Program-made: the position numbers and the translations under genes | Origin: Pseudomonas phage pPa_SNUABM_DT01 | Sequence record: MW735835.1 | Strand: one strand, 5' to 3' | Length of the DNA: 64,000 bases | In this document: one piece after another, positions 1 through 9,651 of the stretch | How positions within the stretch are numbered: position 1 is the first letter of the stretch | Layout: each line of letters opens with the position of its first letter | The notes under the pieces: generated by a model | The model's database searches: none | Seen by the model: only the letters and a program-made list of their open reading frames with translations | What the model was told of the DNA's origin: nothing

Positions 1-2505
1 ACGAATTTCACGGTCATTGTCATCGACTCCTCGGTAATGTCGCTGATACGTTTCTTGATCGACTCATCGTCGAGCAGAGTGGAGACCCCGAACAACGCCG
101 CCGCACGACGGATCATTGCTTGAGGGGTTGTGTTGATACCTGGCAGGATCTGTCCACGTGCCCAGGCCTTGATTTCACGGCGAGTCCAGTGGTCGAGCTT
201 ACGTGCGTCCCGGTAACGGTCACGGACGTAGATGCCCGACGGAGTGGACGGAACCACAGTGCCGTGCAGTACAAAGGATTTGGCATCCTCGTGGTACCAG
301 AACAGCGGAACCCGGAAGCGCAGGTAGACTTCTTCCCAGAGGACGTCTTCCGACGCCTTCTCGGTTGCCGGAATCTCGCCTTTGAGCCATGCCTTGACCT
401 CAGCGTCACGCCATTGGCCGGCCACCTTCAACGGGCGGGTCGGATCATTGAGGTAAACGCCGCTTTCCAACGCCTTGGGCTTGGTGCTGGTCTTGAGGTA
501 CTCGATCACTTCGTTATCGGCCCAGTGAGCAGGGCTGACACCGAACTGGACGTCGATCAGTCGACGAACACGTGCTTGAGCTGCCGGATCAGTGAGGGCA
601 AACTTCGCCACCACTTGTTCATTGGCCAGGGCCTTCAGTTCGTTCCACGACCAGTTCGACGGATCATCGCAGTTACGCAGACGATCTTCGACGTAGGTGC
701 CGTCCGGCAGGCGCTTGGGCTCACTTCCATTACGGAAATACGCCAGGATGTGCTGGTTGGTCCAGTGCGAGTTGATCTGGTAGATCGAACGCACTTGGCT
801 GTAGAGGAACTCGCGGTTGATGCTCTTATCGACTTCGATCTCGCCTTTGAGCCATGCCAGCAGCTGGCGTTCAGAACATGGCTTGCCTTCGACGATGGGT
901 GGGACCGGATTGTTGGGGAGAACACCGGACACGGCAAACTCCTTGACTTCGTTGTCGTCCAACCGATCAGGAACCCTGAACCGAGCACGGATGTTCAGCA
1001 GGATTACATTGGCCGGTACGGTGGTGATGATTTTGCCAGCTGCCCAAGCTTTCAGCTCTTCTTCCGACCAATCACCTGGATGTTTACTGTCCCGCACACT
1101 GTCCTCGACCAGAACCCCCTCATCAAAGCCCGCAGGAAGCGTTTTAGCGCTTACAAACGCCTTGACTGCACCATCGGTCCAGTTCTTGACGAACGCGCCA
1201 CAGGCGATGCGTAGAGCGGCTGTGAGGGTAGCGACCGTGGTGTTCATGCCAGGAGCAATCTCACCACGAGCCCAACCTACCAACTCGACCATGGTCCACT
1301 TGCTGGCGCTGATGAATTTCCGGCGAGCATCATCGAGGATTACTTCTTCCGGAGTTTCCGCAGCCATTGCTGCGCGCAGCTCAGAACCATCAGGAACCAG
1401 TTCGGTCCAGAGGGTAGGAGTTTTCTCTTCAGGAGGGTCCACAGGGTCGACAGGATCTGTCTCTCCCGGCTCTTCCTCGTCTGTTCCTTCACCCTCTTCA
1501 GGTTCTGGTTCAGTAGGTTCAGGTTCGGTCTCTGGTTCTGGCTCATCGACCGGGTCCTCCGGTTCTGGTTCTGGCGGGGTGGGCTTGACACCCGTTTCGA
1601 TGAAGGTGAGGGCCTGGTCTTCAGTCCACCACTCTTCCATCTCATCCATGTGCCGGCTGATCAGGGTCAGCTTGGCTTTGGCGTCAGCATCATTGCGCAC
1701 CAGGCTGAGCAACTGAGCATCGGTGTACTCAGTGTACGCATGCTCAACCTCAGGGATCTTCTGATCGACCACCCAGACCTTGAGGTCCTCGCGCTTCCAG
1801 TACCATTCGCCGCCGAACACTTCCAGCGCCACAGGCAGCAGGTTGAGGTCAGATTCGAGTTCACCGGCCACCCAGGCGGTCAGTTCAGCTTCTGACCAAT
1901 CCGCAGCCAGCTTCGAGGGCCGGTTACGGTCATTGATCAGAACACCGTTGCTGGTTTCCGCAGGCTTGATGCCTTTCTGGATGTACGCGCAGTAGTCTTC
2001 CCAGGTGATTCCCATGGGCAGATCAAACCGCTGGCAGGCTTCGTCGAGGATGTAGTACTGGCTACGCTCGAGGTCACCGAAGAAGCCCGCACCGAGGTCG
2101 GACAGCTCACTGTCGTTCCAGTACTTGGCTTCCTTGACCCAGCGGTTCGGGTCATTGATGTAATAACCACCCGGGCTCTTGGCCGGTTTGCGGTCAAACA
2201 TCAGCCAGTCGTAGAGGTCTTCCTCGCCCCAATTGACAGCATCGCTGTCGGTCAGGGCGGCGCGACCCCGCAGGGCCTTGTAGAAGTCCTCCCCACCACT
2301 GACGTGGTTGGTGAACAGCTCGTTGTTGGCCAGAGCGAAGAGTTCTGCCAGGCTCCAGTCCCCGAGTTCCTTTGCTTCCCGTTCGATGTCGGAGACCCAG
2401 AGGTCATTCGACGTCTTCGGTGGCTCCTGACCCAAGGACTCGTACACGGCAATCTCTTGCTCGCTCCAAGCCTTGGGGTAGACGCCCCTGTATTTATCGC
2501 TCATG
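1..2505 (-). CDS. Partial (3' end runs off the window) giant tandem-repeat protein. At least 9 repeats of about 75 aa with core W-[ST]-x-x-E-[LVI]-K-A-W-[AL]-x-G-[EQK]-I, plus an acidic Pro/Glu-rich linker (PEPEPEDPVDEPEPETEPEPTEPEPEE).
   Basis: Hand translation of the reverse strand from ATG at 2505 gives an uninterrupted ORF to position 1 (over 830 aa). The start codon is preceded by a stop of the upstream gene. The plus-strand ORFs 120-1214 and 817-1716 are its antisense mirror. Confidence 0.6.
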
Positions 2506-2514
2506 CGCACACCC

Positions 2515-3891
2515 TTAGGTAAAGGCTTCCAGAATGTTCAGTTTGGCCGTCTTCAGTTCTTTGGCGTGTGCCGAGGCCATCATGATGTCCATGAACTTGG
2601 ACGCCACAGAGGTGTTCTCAGCGCCGATGGCGTGCGGGATGGCCGCCAGGGCTTCACCTACGCACTTAGCGCAGAAGTCGGTAGCACCGGTCTTGCAGAA
2701 GATCGGCGAACGGGTAAGGACGGTCTTACCTTCGAGGCTGATGGCACGTTGCTCATCGAGCAGTACCGGACCTTTCGGGGTGATTTCCCAAAGGCCAGCG
2801 TAGTACGAACCTTGACCTTTCTCGATGGTCCGTTCCAGCCCCAGCGTAGCGCCGCAGTCGTCTTCGGAGATCGCGACGTTCTGGAACACCCGCATGAAGA
2901 ACTTCACCGCTTCCCCGCCGAGTGCAGTCAGTGCACCCCGGTAGAAGGAACCGGCACGAGTGGAGTTGAACATCGCCACCAGCTTGTCGGTGTCCCAGCC
3001 CTCGGTCAGCGAGTTGACCACGAGTTCGGCGCTACCGCCCTCGTTGAAGCCCGCTTCAGGACCGTGGATGAGGAACATACGCTTACGTGCCGTGCCCCAG
3101 GTCTTGTTCGACAGGAGGAAGCCTTCAGACGGGTCGTCTTTCAGCCAAGCCTTGTCCATGTCGATCAGTTCGTTCTGGATCTTCGAGACCACAACCGGGT
3201 CGTGCAGACGCTCTTGGTTCTCTTCGAGCAGCTTGGCACGACGACCGTAGACCGCCGGGTCAGTCATCAGCGACTTGGGCGTCAGGGTCGGCACGAACAA
3301 CTGGGTGAAACCAGCCAGTGCGCCCATGCAACGACCAAAGCGCATGTACATCTTCACCGGGATCTGGTCAGGCCGGGGTTCGACACCACTGACCTCAGGA
3401 TCGTCGCACAGCTTGGAGGCGATGATGCGTTCGATCTTGCTGATCTTCACCGGACCGACCTGGTAAGGGATACGGTCTTCGAAGGGTTCGACCAGCGCGA
3501 TGTAGTTGAACAGCAGATCGCCGTAGGTGGAGTCCACTTCCTCATGGAGGTTGGCGATCATGTCCGGGGTGACCTTGAGGTCATCGGCCGGGTAGAACAG
3601 CGGGGTCATCGGGACGGTATCCTCGATGGGTACCCATGCTTCTGGGTCTTCCACCGGGATGTGGCGCACCTGAGGGACACCATGATGATCACCGAGGATC
3701 ACCGTGCCTTCCGGCTCATGTTTCTCACCGGGCAGGTAGACTTCGGTGACATCGGCCTTGTAGCGGATGTCGTAAGCCTGAGGGACGATGCCGTTCTCAG
3801 GACGGACGACTGAGAAGGCACTGATGACCCAGTCCTTACGGCGGTAGCACCCTGCTCGCAGGGCGGCTACGTAGAGGTCTTGCTTCTTCAC
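2515..3891 (-). CDS. Multisubunit RNA polymerase beta-prime-like subunit fragment (C-terminal portion, split RNAP as in phiKZ-like phages)
   Basis: ISEDDCGAT aligns with bacterial beta-prime VTEDDCGT. RSPIFCKTGATDFCAKCVG aligns with RSVVSCDTDFGVCAHCYG. FNSTRAGSFYRGALTALGGEAVKFF resembles the NFREGL..YFISTHGARKGL region. The protein lacks NADFDGD, so it is a fragment. Confidence 0.55.
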   Translation of the reverse strand: MKKQDLYVAALRAGCYRRKDWVISAFSVVRPENGIVPQAYDIRYKADVTEVYLPGEKHEPEGTVILGDHHGVPQVRHIPVEDPEAWVPIEDTVPMTPLFYPADDLKVTPDMIANLHEEVDSTYGDLLFNYIALVEPFEDRIPYQVGPVKISKIERIIASKLCDDPEVSGVEPRPDQIPVKMYMRFGRCMGALAGFTQLFVPTLTPKSLMTDPAVYGRRAKLLEENQERLHDPVVVSKIQNELIDMDKAWLKDDPSEGFLLSNKTWGTARKRMFLIHGPEAGFNEGGSAELVVNSLTEGWDTDKLVAMFNSTRAGSFYRGALTALGGEAVKFFMRVFQNVAISEDDCGATLGLERTIEKGQGSYYAGLWEITPKGPVLLDEQRAISLEGKTVLTRSPIFCKTGATDFCAKCVGEALAAIPHAIGAENTSVASKFMDIMMASAHAKELKTAKLNILEAFT

Positions 3892-4721
3892 GGCGTATCC
3901 TCCGGAAGGGTAGAGAGCACGGCGGTGACGCGCTTGTAGGACTTCTGCACGACGAACGGATCATCATGCATCTCTTCTACGAAGAACATCACTTCGTCAC
4001 GCAGTGCATCGCGAGGGGTCTTGGCCAGGATGGCAATGGACAGCAATTGGTCAGCAAGATCCTCAGGACCGAGATCAGCCAATTGAGGCCGGGCGCTCTT
4101 GACCAGTTCTTCTGCCGAGGAACCGATCTCCACACCTGCGTTCAGGGATTCCATGCCGACGGTCAACTTCTCACCGACGATCTTCTGGTGAGCGTTCAGC
4201 AGACGGGTAGCGTTCTGTACGCCGTCTTCACCCTGCACGGTGTAACCCAGGTTACGTTCGACCCGTTCCTTGATGGCAAGGATCACGTCGCCGGAACACC
4301 CCAGCACGTACTCCATCAGTTCTTCAGGTTCGACCGCCATGTGGATGGCCAGTACGTTGCAGAGGGTATCGACCCCGTCTTCCCCGGCATTGACCGCGGT
4401 GAGGAATTCGTAGTCGTTGTCATTCGGGTTGAACAGCAAGCACTCGAGGATGCTTGCCAGCGGATCGAGCTTCAGGATGTCGAGGTCCAGTTCGATCTGC
4501 ATCTGCGCCAGCAAGGCACGGACCTGGTCCATGACGATGGTGCGGGCTTCGTCAACGAGGGTGATACTGTCGTGCTCGTTGGCGTTCATGCGCAGGATCA
4601 GGATACGGTCTTTGTAACCGGTAGCCTTGTACTTCTCCAGCGCTTGAGTCAGGGCCTCGAAACCATCGTAGACGGACGGGTCAACCTTATCCTGAAGGAT
4701 ATCGGAAAGTTCTTGCAACAT
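3888..4721 (-). CDS. Hypothetical protein, co-operonic with the RNAP beta-prime-like fragment (4-nt ATGA overlap)
   Basis: 277-aa ORF with protein-like composition and translational coupling to the downstream gene. No motif recognised. Confidence 0.5.
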   Translation of the reverse strand: MLQELSDILQDKVDPSVYDGFEALTQALEKYKATGYKDRILILRMNANEHDSITLVDEARTIVMDQVRALLAQMQIELDLDILKLDPLASILECLLFNPNDNDYEFLTAVNAGEDGVDTLCNVLAIHMAVEPEELMEYVLGCSGDVILAIKERVERNLGYTVQGEDGVQNATRLLNAHQKIVGEKLTVGMESLNAGVEIGSSAEELVKSARPQLADLGPEDLADQLLSIAILAKTPRDALRDEVMFFVEEMHDDPFVVQKSYKRVTAVLSTLPEDTP

Positions 4722-4817
4722 GGCGGTTTCCTTAATAAAAAAAGTTTACCCGACCTAATATGAGTAAAGTACAAATAATTGGCCAGGCCGTAAACAAATT
4801 AACTGGGGTACAAATGA
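4722..4817. promoter_or_regulatory. AT-rich divergent intergenic region between minus operon (..4721) and plus array (4818..). Candidate early/divergent promoters.
   Basis: ttaataaaaaaagtttacccgacctaatatgagtaaagtacaaataattgg is sharply AT-rich against a GC-rich background. Confidence 0.4.
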
Positions 4818-5216
4818 ATGAACACCACCGTCCAGACGCCTGCTCAGGCGTTGAGTGAGCTGCGCCAACAAGCGCTCAGACTCCTGTACAAATTCGCTGA
4901 ATCCACCCGTGATATCGCCCGCTTCCGTCAGTGGACCGATACCAACCGTCAAGCCCGTTGCAACCAACTGGTGCAGTGCATCAAGCGTGATCTCAACGAG
5001 TTCCATGGTCGGGTGCAAGCGCTCGACAACAAACACAAGCGCGAGATCTCCAGCAACGTACTGGCTCACCCGCATCACCCGGTCATGCTGGCCGCTGGCG
5101 GTGAGTGGTACTCCCTGATCGACGACATCACCAGTGTCGTCACCCCTAACTCGGCTGAACTTGCTGGCCTGCTGGCCCAAGAAGGTGCAGCCTCTCAACA
5201 AGCCGCTGTTGTATAA
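4818..5216 (+). CDS. Hypothetical protein (132 aa)
   Basis: ORF with ATG start. First gene of the plus array. Confidence 0.45.
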   Translation: MNTTVQTPAQALSELRQQALRLLYKFAESTRDIARFRQWTDTNRQARCNQLVQCIKRDLNEFHGRVQALDNKHKREISSNVLAHPHHPVMLAAGGEWYSLIDDITSVVTPNSAELAGLLAQEGAASQQAAVV

Positions 5217-5225
5217 GGTACTACC

Positions 5226-6830
5226 ATGAGCGACAATCAAAACGGCCAAGGTGGCATGGACGAGATCGATGGCGATCCGGCTGAGAACATGATCCAGGAC
5301 CCTGACGCGCCTCAAGGTGCTGATGCCTTTGCCGCTGCCGCGCAACAAGCCGCTGCTGCTGGTCCCGAGACTCCGGCTGAGAAACAGCCTGAGCCGAAAG
5401 TGGAAATCGAAGGTCTGTGGGATGAGGTCGACCAACCCAACCCGCACGTAACCCACAACGCCTCCATGTTCCATCGTCAGGCTCTGGCACCGACTCAGGT
5501 CGGCCTGGCAGCCCTGCACGTGGGCATGCGTGAGCTGGACATGATCATGGAAGCCCGTGGTCTGAACAACCTCACCGAAGAGAAGGCCAAGTCCCTCTCG
5601 AACGCTGACCGTCGCATGGTCAACCTAGCTCGTAACCTGACCACCATCTACCAAGACATCTACTTCGACGATGTCGACAAGGCCGGCAACTGGCACGCCA
5701 CGGTCATGCACAACGAGACCGCCCTCGGCGCTGGTAAGGTGAAAGCCGCCAACATCAAGGACCCGGTACTCGCCATTCGTGCGACCTTCGGCCAGGGTTC
5801 TCAGGTTCAGATCCCGCTGTGGTCCACTGGCCTGTGGGTGACCTTCCGTGCGCCGACCATCCAGGAACTGCTGGACTTCGAACAGAAGTGCCGCCTGGAG
5901 AAGATGAACCTCGGTCGTTCTTCCAACGGCATGGTCTTCTCGGCCGTCGAGGTGTACACCGTCGAGACTTACATGCGCTTCGCTCTGGAGCACGTGATCT
6001 CGGTGAACTACGCCTTCGAGACCGCTGACCACGTCGAAGAACTGCTGACCGTGATCCGTTCGCGCGATTACCAGCAGGTCGTGTGGGGCATGGTCTGTGC
6101 CATGTATCCGGATGGCTACCCGCTGCGTCAGCCGTGCGTGGCCAACCCCGATACCTGCGACCACCTGGACGAGGTTCTGCTGAACTTCGCCCGCATGGGC
6201 TTCGTGGACCGCGACAAGATCAGCGACAAGCAAGCGTTGATGATGGCCTCGCGTTCCACCAAGCGTGATCGCAAGTGGCTGGAAGAATACCAGGCCGAGT
6301 TCCCGTTCTTCGAGAAGCGCATCAACGTCGGCAATGGCCTGACTGCGGTACTGCGTTGCTCCTCGCTGGCCGAACAGATCGATGCAGGCCACCTGTGGGT
6401 GGACGGTATCTCCAAGGCAACCAACGAAGCCTTCGGTGCCCGTCTGTCCGAGATGGACCGCATCCGTCACATCATGCGTTCGGGCGCATTGACCAACCTG
6501 CGTCAGTACGGCCACTGGGTCGCCCAGTTCGAACACAAGACCGACCCGGAAGCTGCGCCGATCATTCACGCCGACTTCGAGAACAAGGACCGCATCCTCG
6601 AGTTGCTGTCTGAAGACCCGCAAGTCAGCGAGATGCTGACCAACGAGATCGTCGAGTGGATCAAGAAGTCGACCGTGTCCTACACTGCGCTGGCCAAGAC
6701 ACCGTGCCCGGCCTGCCAGAAGGAACCGGAAGACAAGACTCATCCGCACCTCATCCCGATCGACATCGGTTACGTTTTTTTCACCCTAGCCGCACTGAAG
6801 ATCAGCCAAGTAGAAGGCGCGGCGGTGTAA
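5226..6830 (+). CDS. Hypothetical protein (534 aa). Upstream partner of the candidate -1 frameshift.
   Basis: Long ORF with RBS-like ggtactacc upstream. Its last 16 codons contain the slippery heptamer T_TTT_TTC. Confidence 0.55.
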   Translation: MSDNQNGQGGMDEIDGDPAENMIQDPDAPQGADAFAAAAQQAAAAGPETPAEKQPEPKVEIEGLWDEVDQPNPHVTHNASMFHRQALAPTQVGLAALHVGMRELDMIMEARGLNNLTEEKAKSLSNADRRMVNLARNLTTIYQDIYFDDVDKAGNWHATVMHNETALGAGKVKAANIKDPVLAIRATFGQGSQVQIPLWSTGLWVTFRAPTIQELLDFEQKCRLEKMNLGRSSNGMVFSAVEVYTVETYMRFALEHVISVNYAFETADHVEELLTVIRSRDYQQVVWGMVCAMYPDGYPLRQPCVANPDTCDHLDEVLLNFARMGFVDRDKISDKQALMMASRSTKRDRKWLEEYQAEFPFFEKRINVGNGLTAVLRCSSLAEQIDAGHLWVDGISKATNEAFGARLSEMDRIRHIMRSGALTNLRQYGHWVAQFEHKTDPEAAPIIHADFENKDRILELLSEDPQVSEMLTNEIVEWIKKSTVSYTALAKTPCPACQKEPEDKTHPHLIPIDIGYVFFTLAALKISQVEGAAV

Positions 6831-7285
6831 CCCTAGCAATAGGAGAACACGTCGGAGACCGAAGCTTCGGCTTAAAGCAGATCGGCAATCGTGATGAGCC
6901 TTCGCACCTGGACAGAATCTTGGGTACCTACGACAAGACGCTGGACAGTATCCAAGCGGAGATCATCACGAGGGAGTGTTACGACGAGTACTTCGGCATT
7001 TACGCTCAGAGTACCCAAGGAGCTTCTCCTTGGGCTTTGGCCGCGATGCATGAGCCGGAAGACCTAGGTAAGGTGGACCCGTTCGATGTGTACCTTGAGC
7101 GATACTTGGTCGCCAACGTGCTGAAGTACACGGGAATCAACTTTCAAGATTTCATGAAGTTGCCCCGTGATCGAGCGGAAGCCATGTTGAAAAGGTGTGA
7201 CTCGTTGTCCTCGAAAGAAGACAGTGATGTGGCCAACCTCGTCAACGGGCGGAACGCCAAGCAACCGACGATGAAACCGAAATAA
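6782..7285 (+). CDS. Downstream -1 frame ORF (about 168 codons) with no in-frame ATG/GTG plus RBS until about 7048. Probably expressed as a C-terminal extension of 5226-6830 (fusion about 685 aa), or separated by a homopolymer error.
   Basis: Frame-2 coding continues from the slippery site (..RLRFFHPSRTEDQ..) with protein-like composition. The ORF track lists 6656-7285. Confidence 0.35.
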   Translation, partial: HPSRTEDQPSRRRGGVTLAIGEHVGDRSFGLKQIGNRDEPSHLDRILGTYDKTLDSIQAEIITRECYDEYFGIYAQSTQGASPWALAAMHEPEDLGKVDPFDVYLERYLVANVLKYTGINFQDFMKLPRDRAEAMLKRCDSLSSKEDSDVANLVNGRNAKQPTMKPK

Positions 7286-7316
7286 GGAGGAGGGGTTCGC
7301 CCCTCCTCTATTCCAT
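7285..7316 (+). terminator. Hairpin aggaggagggg-TTCG-cccctcctct followed by ATTCC (family member, weaker TATG-like tail)
   Basis: 11-bp GC-rich stem with UUCG tetraloop directly after the stop at 7285. Confidence 0.45.
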
Positions 7317-7364
7317 CTCACAGTGACGATACATTATCCAACTGTCTATCCATCGGAGTTCATC

Positions 7365-7871
7365 ATGTCTGATAAACGCAGTGGTATCGAGAAACTGACC
7401 AACCCGGAAGCACTTTTGCAGGGCTATTGGCAATCAGTGGTCCACCAGTACCGGGAAACCGATTACATTATCGTGGACGAGGACATCCGCGATATCGTCG
7501 CCAAGATCAACGAAGTTTCCGGGGTCTTGGTGACCGACTGCTGCGCCTCCCATCCGGAGCGTGAGCGTCATAACCTCTACCTGGCCTTCCTCCCAACCAC
7601 CGAAGGCTTTGATTTCCTCGCCGACCTGTATAACCACTTCGTGGGCCAGGTGTTGAACGAGGCAGTCATTGGTAATCTGGTCTCGCAGATCCAATTCCGT
7701 GTTCGTCATCGACAAGTCGATGTGAAATTCCAGGAGTGGGGCACCATTTGGAGCATCCGTCTCCCGGTGGACGATCAGAACGTGAAAGATCGTGCACTCA
7801 CCTGCCTCAGGAGGGCTGTTGACAATGCCATTGGAGATCTTAGACGAGAACCTGTGGGCGATCCAAGCTGA
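7365..7871 (+). CDS. Hypothetical protein (168 aa; the ORF track starts at GTG 7323)
   Basis: ATG at 7365 preceded by GGAG at -8. No motif recognised. Confidence 0.45.
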   Translation: MSDKRSGIEKLTNPEALLQGYWQSVVHQYRETDYIIVDEDIRDIVAKINEVSGVLVTDCCASHPERERHNLYLAFLPTTEGFDFLADLYNHFVGQVLNEAVIGNLVSQIQFRVRHRQVDVKFQEWGTIWSIRLPVDDQNVKDRALTCLRRAVDNAIGDLRREPVGDPS

Positions 7872-8286
7872 CACCCGCGTCATCACTGTCAACATGGTGG
7901 GTGCCATGGGTGCAGGAGTCGCCAGAACGGCCAGGAATACCATCCCTGGGCTGTACAAGCACTACCGCAAGATGATCACCCAGATCGAACCCACCCAGTT
8001 CATCACTTACCAACATGACGGCATCCGTTATTTGCTGATTCCCACGAAGCTGGATTGGCGAGACCCTTCGCCACGTGGGTTGGTGGTGCACAATTTCTGT
8101 AAACTGGTGGTCTTAGCCAACCGCCACCGCTTAGGCACCATCGTACTGCCGCCCATGGGGTGTGGGAACGGCCAGTTGGACTGGGAGAATGACATCCAGT
8201 ACCTCTACAAGTCGTTGTTGCCGTATCAAGAGACCAAGTTCATCGCCGCGTTAGGCGACATGAGGAGCAGGAATGGAAGGTCCTAA
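7825..8286 (+). CDS. Macro-domain-like protein (putative ADP-ribose binding/hydrolase)
   Basis: VNMVGAMGAGVARTA resembles the macro N-x-x-G-x-x-G-G-G-V-x-x-A-I motif. LPPMGCGNGQ resembles the second macro P-x-x-G-x-G-x-G element. AGGAGG lies about 12 nt upstream of ATG 7825. Confidence 0.4.
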   Translation: MPLEILDENLWAIQADTRVITVNMVGAMGAGVARTARNTIPGLYKHYRKMITQIEPTQFITYQHDGIRYLLIPTKLDWRDPSPRGLVVHNFCKLVVLANRHRLGTIVLPPMGCGNGQLDWENDIQYLYKSLLPYQETKFIAALGDMRSRNGRS

Positions 8287-9166
8287 TTACTTCCGCGATG
8301 CGTTCGGGTATTTCAAGCGAAAGACAGTGATCCCTGGGACCGATGGACTCGCCAATGCGATGCAGTCGGCCATCAAGGCTCACAAGTTCGTGTTGCCGGA
8401 AGGTGGGCGGGTGCTGGATAACGACTTGCGGGCTCTGCCTGACATCGTTCGTTTGCCGTACCCTACGTTGGTGCTCGAATATGCCTGCGAAGAAGACGTC
8501 CTCAGACCAATTGCTCAAGAGGCTGTTGACAAGGGCAGTGATGACGCCGAGATCCAGTTCATGCTCAAGGGCGGTTTCCGTCGAGACAAGCTGATCGTCA
8601 TCGCCATGCAGAAAGATGACAAGGACATCGACGTCTTTATCATCTTCCATTCCCCATTGCAGAACAACTGGGCTAGCCCGCCGTTCGAATGCACCATTCC
8701 GTCGAAAAAAGAAGAAGTGATGAACTTCCTTGATTCGGCTATCATCCCTGTTCGGGTTGAAAGTGACCATGGGATGTCGCAGGAATGGTTCCAGAAGATC
8801 GTCTGGGCCACCATGCAAGGACCTGTGCGTGCTATTTACGAGGTCGTTGAGGCGCTCTCGTTCAGTAACATCACGGAGATGGACATCCCTGCGAAGAAGA
8901 TGACCTTCACCGAAAGCCGGAAGAAGGCCTTGCCCTACGACAGCTACAAAGTGCTCGTGGTGGACAAGACTCAGAAGATCGTTGGTGCAGGGCGAAGCGA
9001 ACAACGAGCACCGGTGCAGCCTGGCGAGCGTCGTCAGAGCCGTGAGCACACCCGTCGAGGTCATGACCGTACCTATAAACGGTCCGGCAAGAAGATCTGG
9101 ATCAATCCCATGGTGATCAACGCCGGAGTGGGCGGAACGATCATCAAAGACTACTCAGTGAAATAG
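8273..9166 (+). CDS. Hypothetical protein (297 aa) with a basic C-terminal tail
   Basis: ATG with GAGGAG RBS. Overlaps the previous gene by 14 nt. Confidence 0.5.
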   Translation: MEGPNYFRDAFGYFKRKTVIPGTDGLANAMQSAIKAHKFVLPEGGRVLDNDLRALPDIVRLPYPTLVLEYACEEDVLRPIAQEAVDKGSDDAEIQFMLKGGFRRDKLIVIAMQKDDKDIDVFIIFHSPLQNNWASPPFECTIPSKKEEVMNFLDSAIIPVRVESDHGMSQEWFQKIVWATMQGPVRAIYEVVEALSFSNITEMDIPAKKMTFTESRKKALPYDSYKVLVVDKTQKIVGAGRSEQRAPVQPGERRQSREHTRRGHDRTYKRSGKKIWINPMVINAGVGGTIIKDYSVK

Positions 9167-9177
9167 GAGCGTCACCT

Positions 9178-9651
9178 GTGAAAGAGAAGAAACAAGTCCG
9201 TCTGGTCAACATCAGCAAAGCCCGCGTACAGAAGATCGATCCGAAGCTGCCATTGGTGTCCATCACCGACCGTTACAGCAACGGCGTCTCCATTCCGTAC
9301 AAGGATCAGCGCCCCTTGTTGCAACTGGAGTTCTTCCCGCGCGACCATGCGCCGGAGATCGCAGTCGAGCACTGCATGACCATCGAGCGCGCAGATCAGC
9401 TGATCAAGTTCGTCGAAGAGCAGCGTGAGGCCGGTGCTGAGGTGATCTACATCCACTGCACCGAAGGTCGTGTGCGCTCCTATTCGGTCTGTGCTGCACT
9501 GGAAAGCCTGCCGGGCTTCTACCATGACCACTCCGATGCCTGCATCAAAACGGGTATCCTGGACCGCTACACCTACAACCTCCTGGGTGATCGTTGCGAC
9601 GCTTACGACGAAGCCCGCTCGGCTGGCGCCGAAGAGGAAGCAGCCTCGTAA
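9178..9651 (+). CDS. Cys-based protein phosphatase (tyrosine/dual-specificity type)
   Basis: Signature HCTEGRVRS fits the HC-x5-R-[ST] P-loop. GTG start with taggagcg RBS. Confidence 0.55.
   Translation: MKEKKQVRLVNISKARVQKIDPKLPLVSITDRYSNGVSIPYKDQRPLLQLEFFPRDHAPEIAVEHCMTIERADQLIKFVEEQREAGAEVIYIHCTEGRVRSYSVCAALESLPGFYHDHSDACIKTGILDRYTYNLLGDRCDAYDEARSAGAEEEAAS

Noticed and set aside
120-1716. Plus-strand ORFs 120-1214 (364 aa) and 817-1716 (299 aa, Gly/Ser-rich)
   Set aside because: They lie antisense to the uninterrupted minus-strand repeat-protein ORF. The Gly/Ser run is the mirror image of the acidic Pro/Glu linker codons. Composition is typical of high-GC antisense frames.
5625-6749. 374-aa minus-strand ORF
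   Set aside because: Antisense to the 534-aa plus gene. V/D/L/G/R/H-rich antisense-type composition. No RBS.
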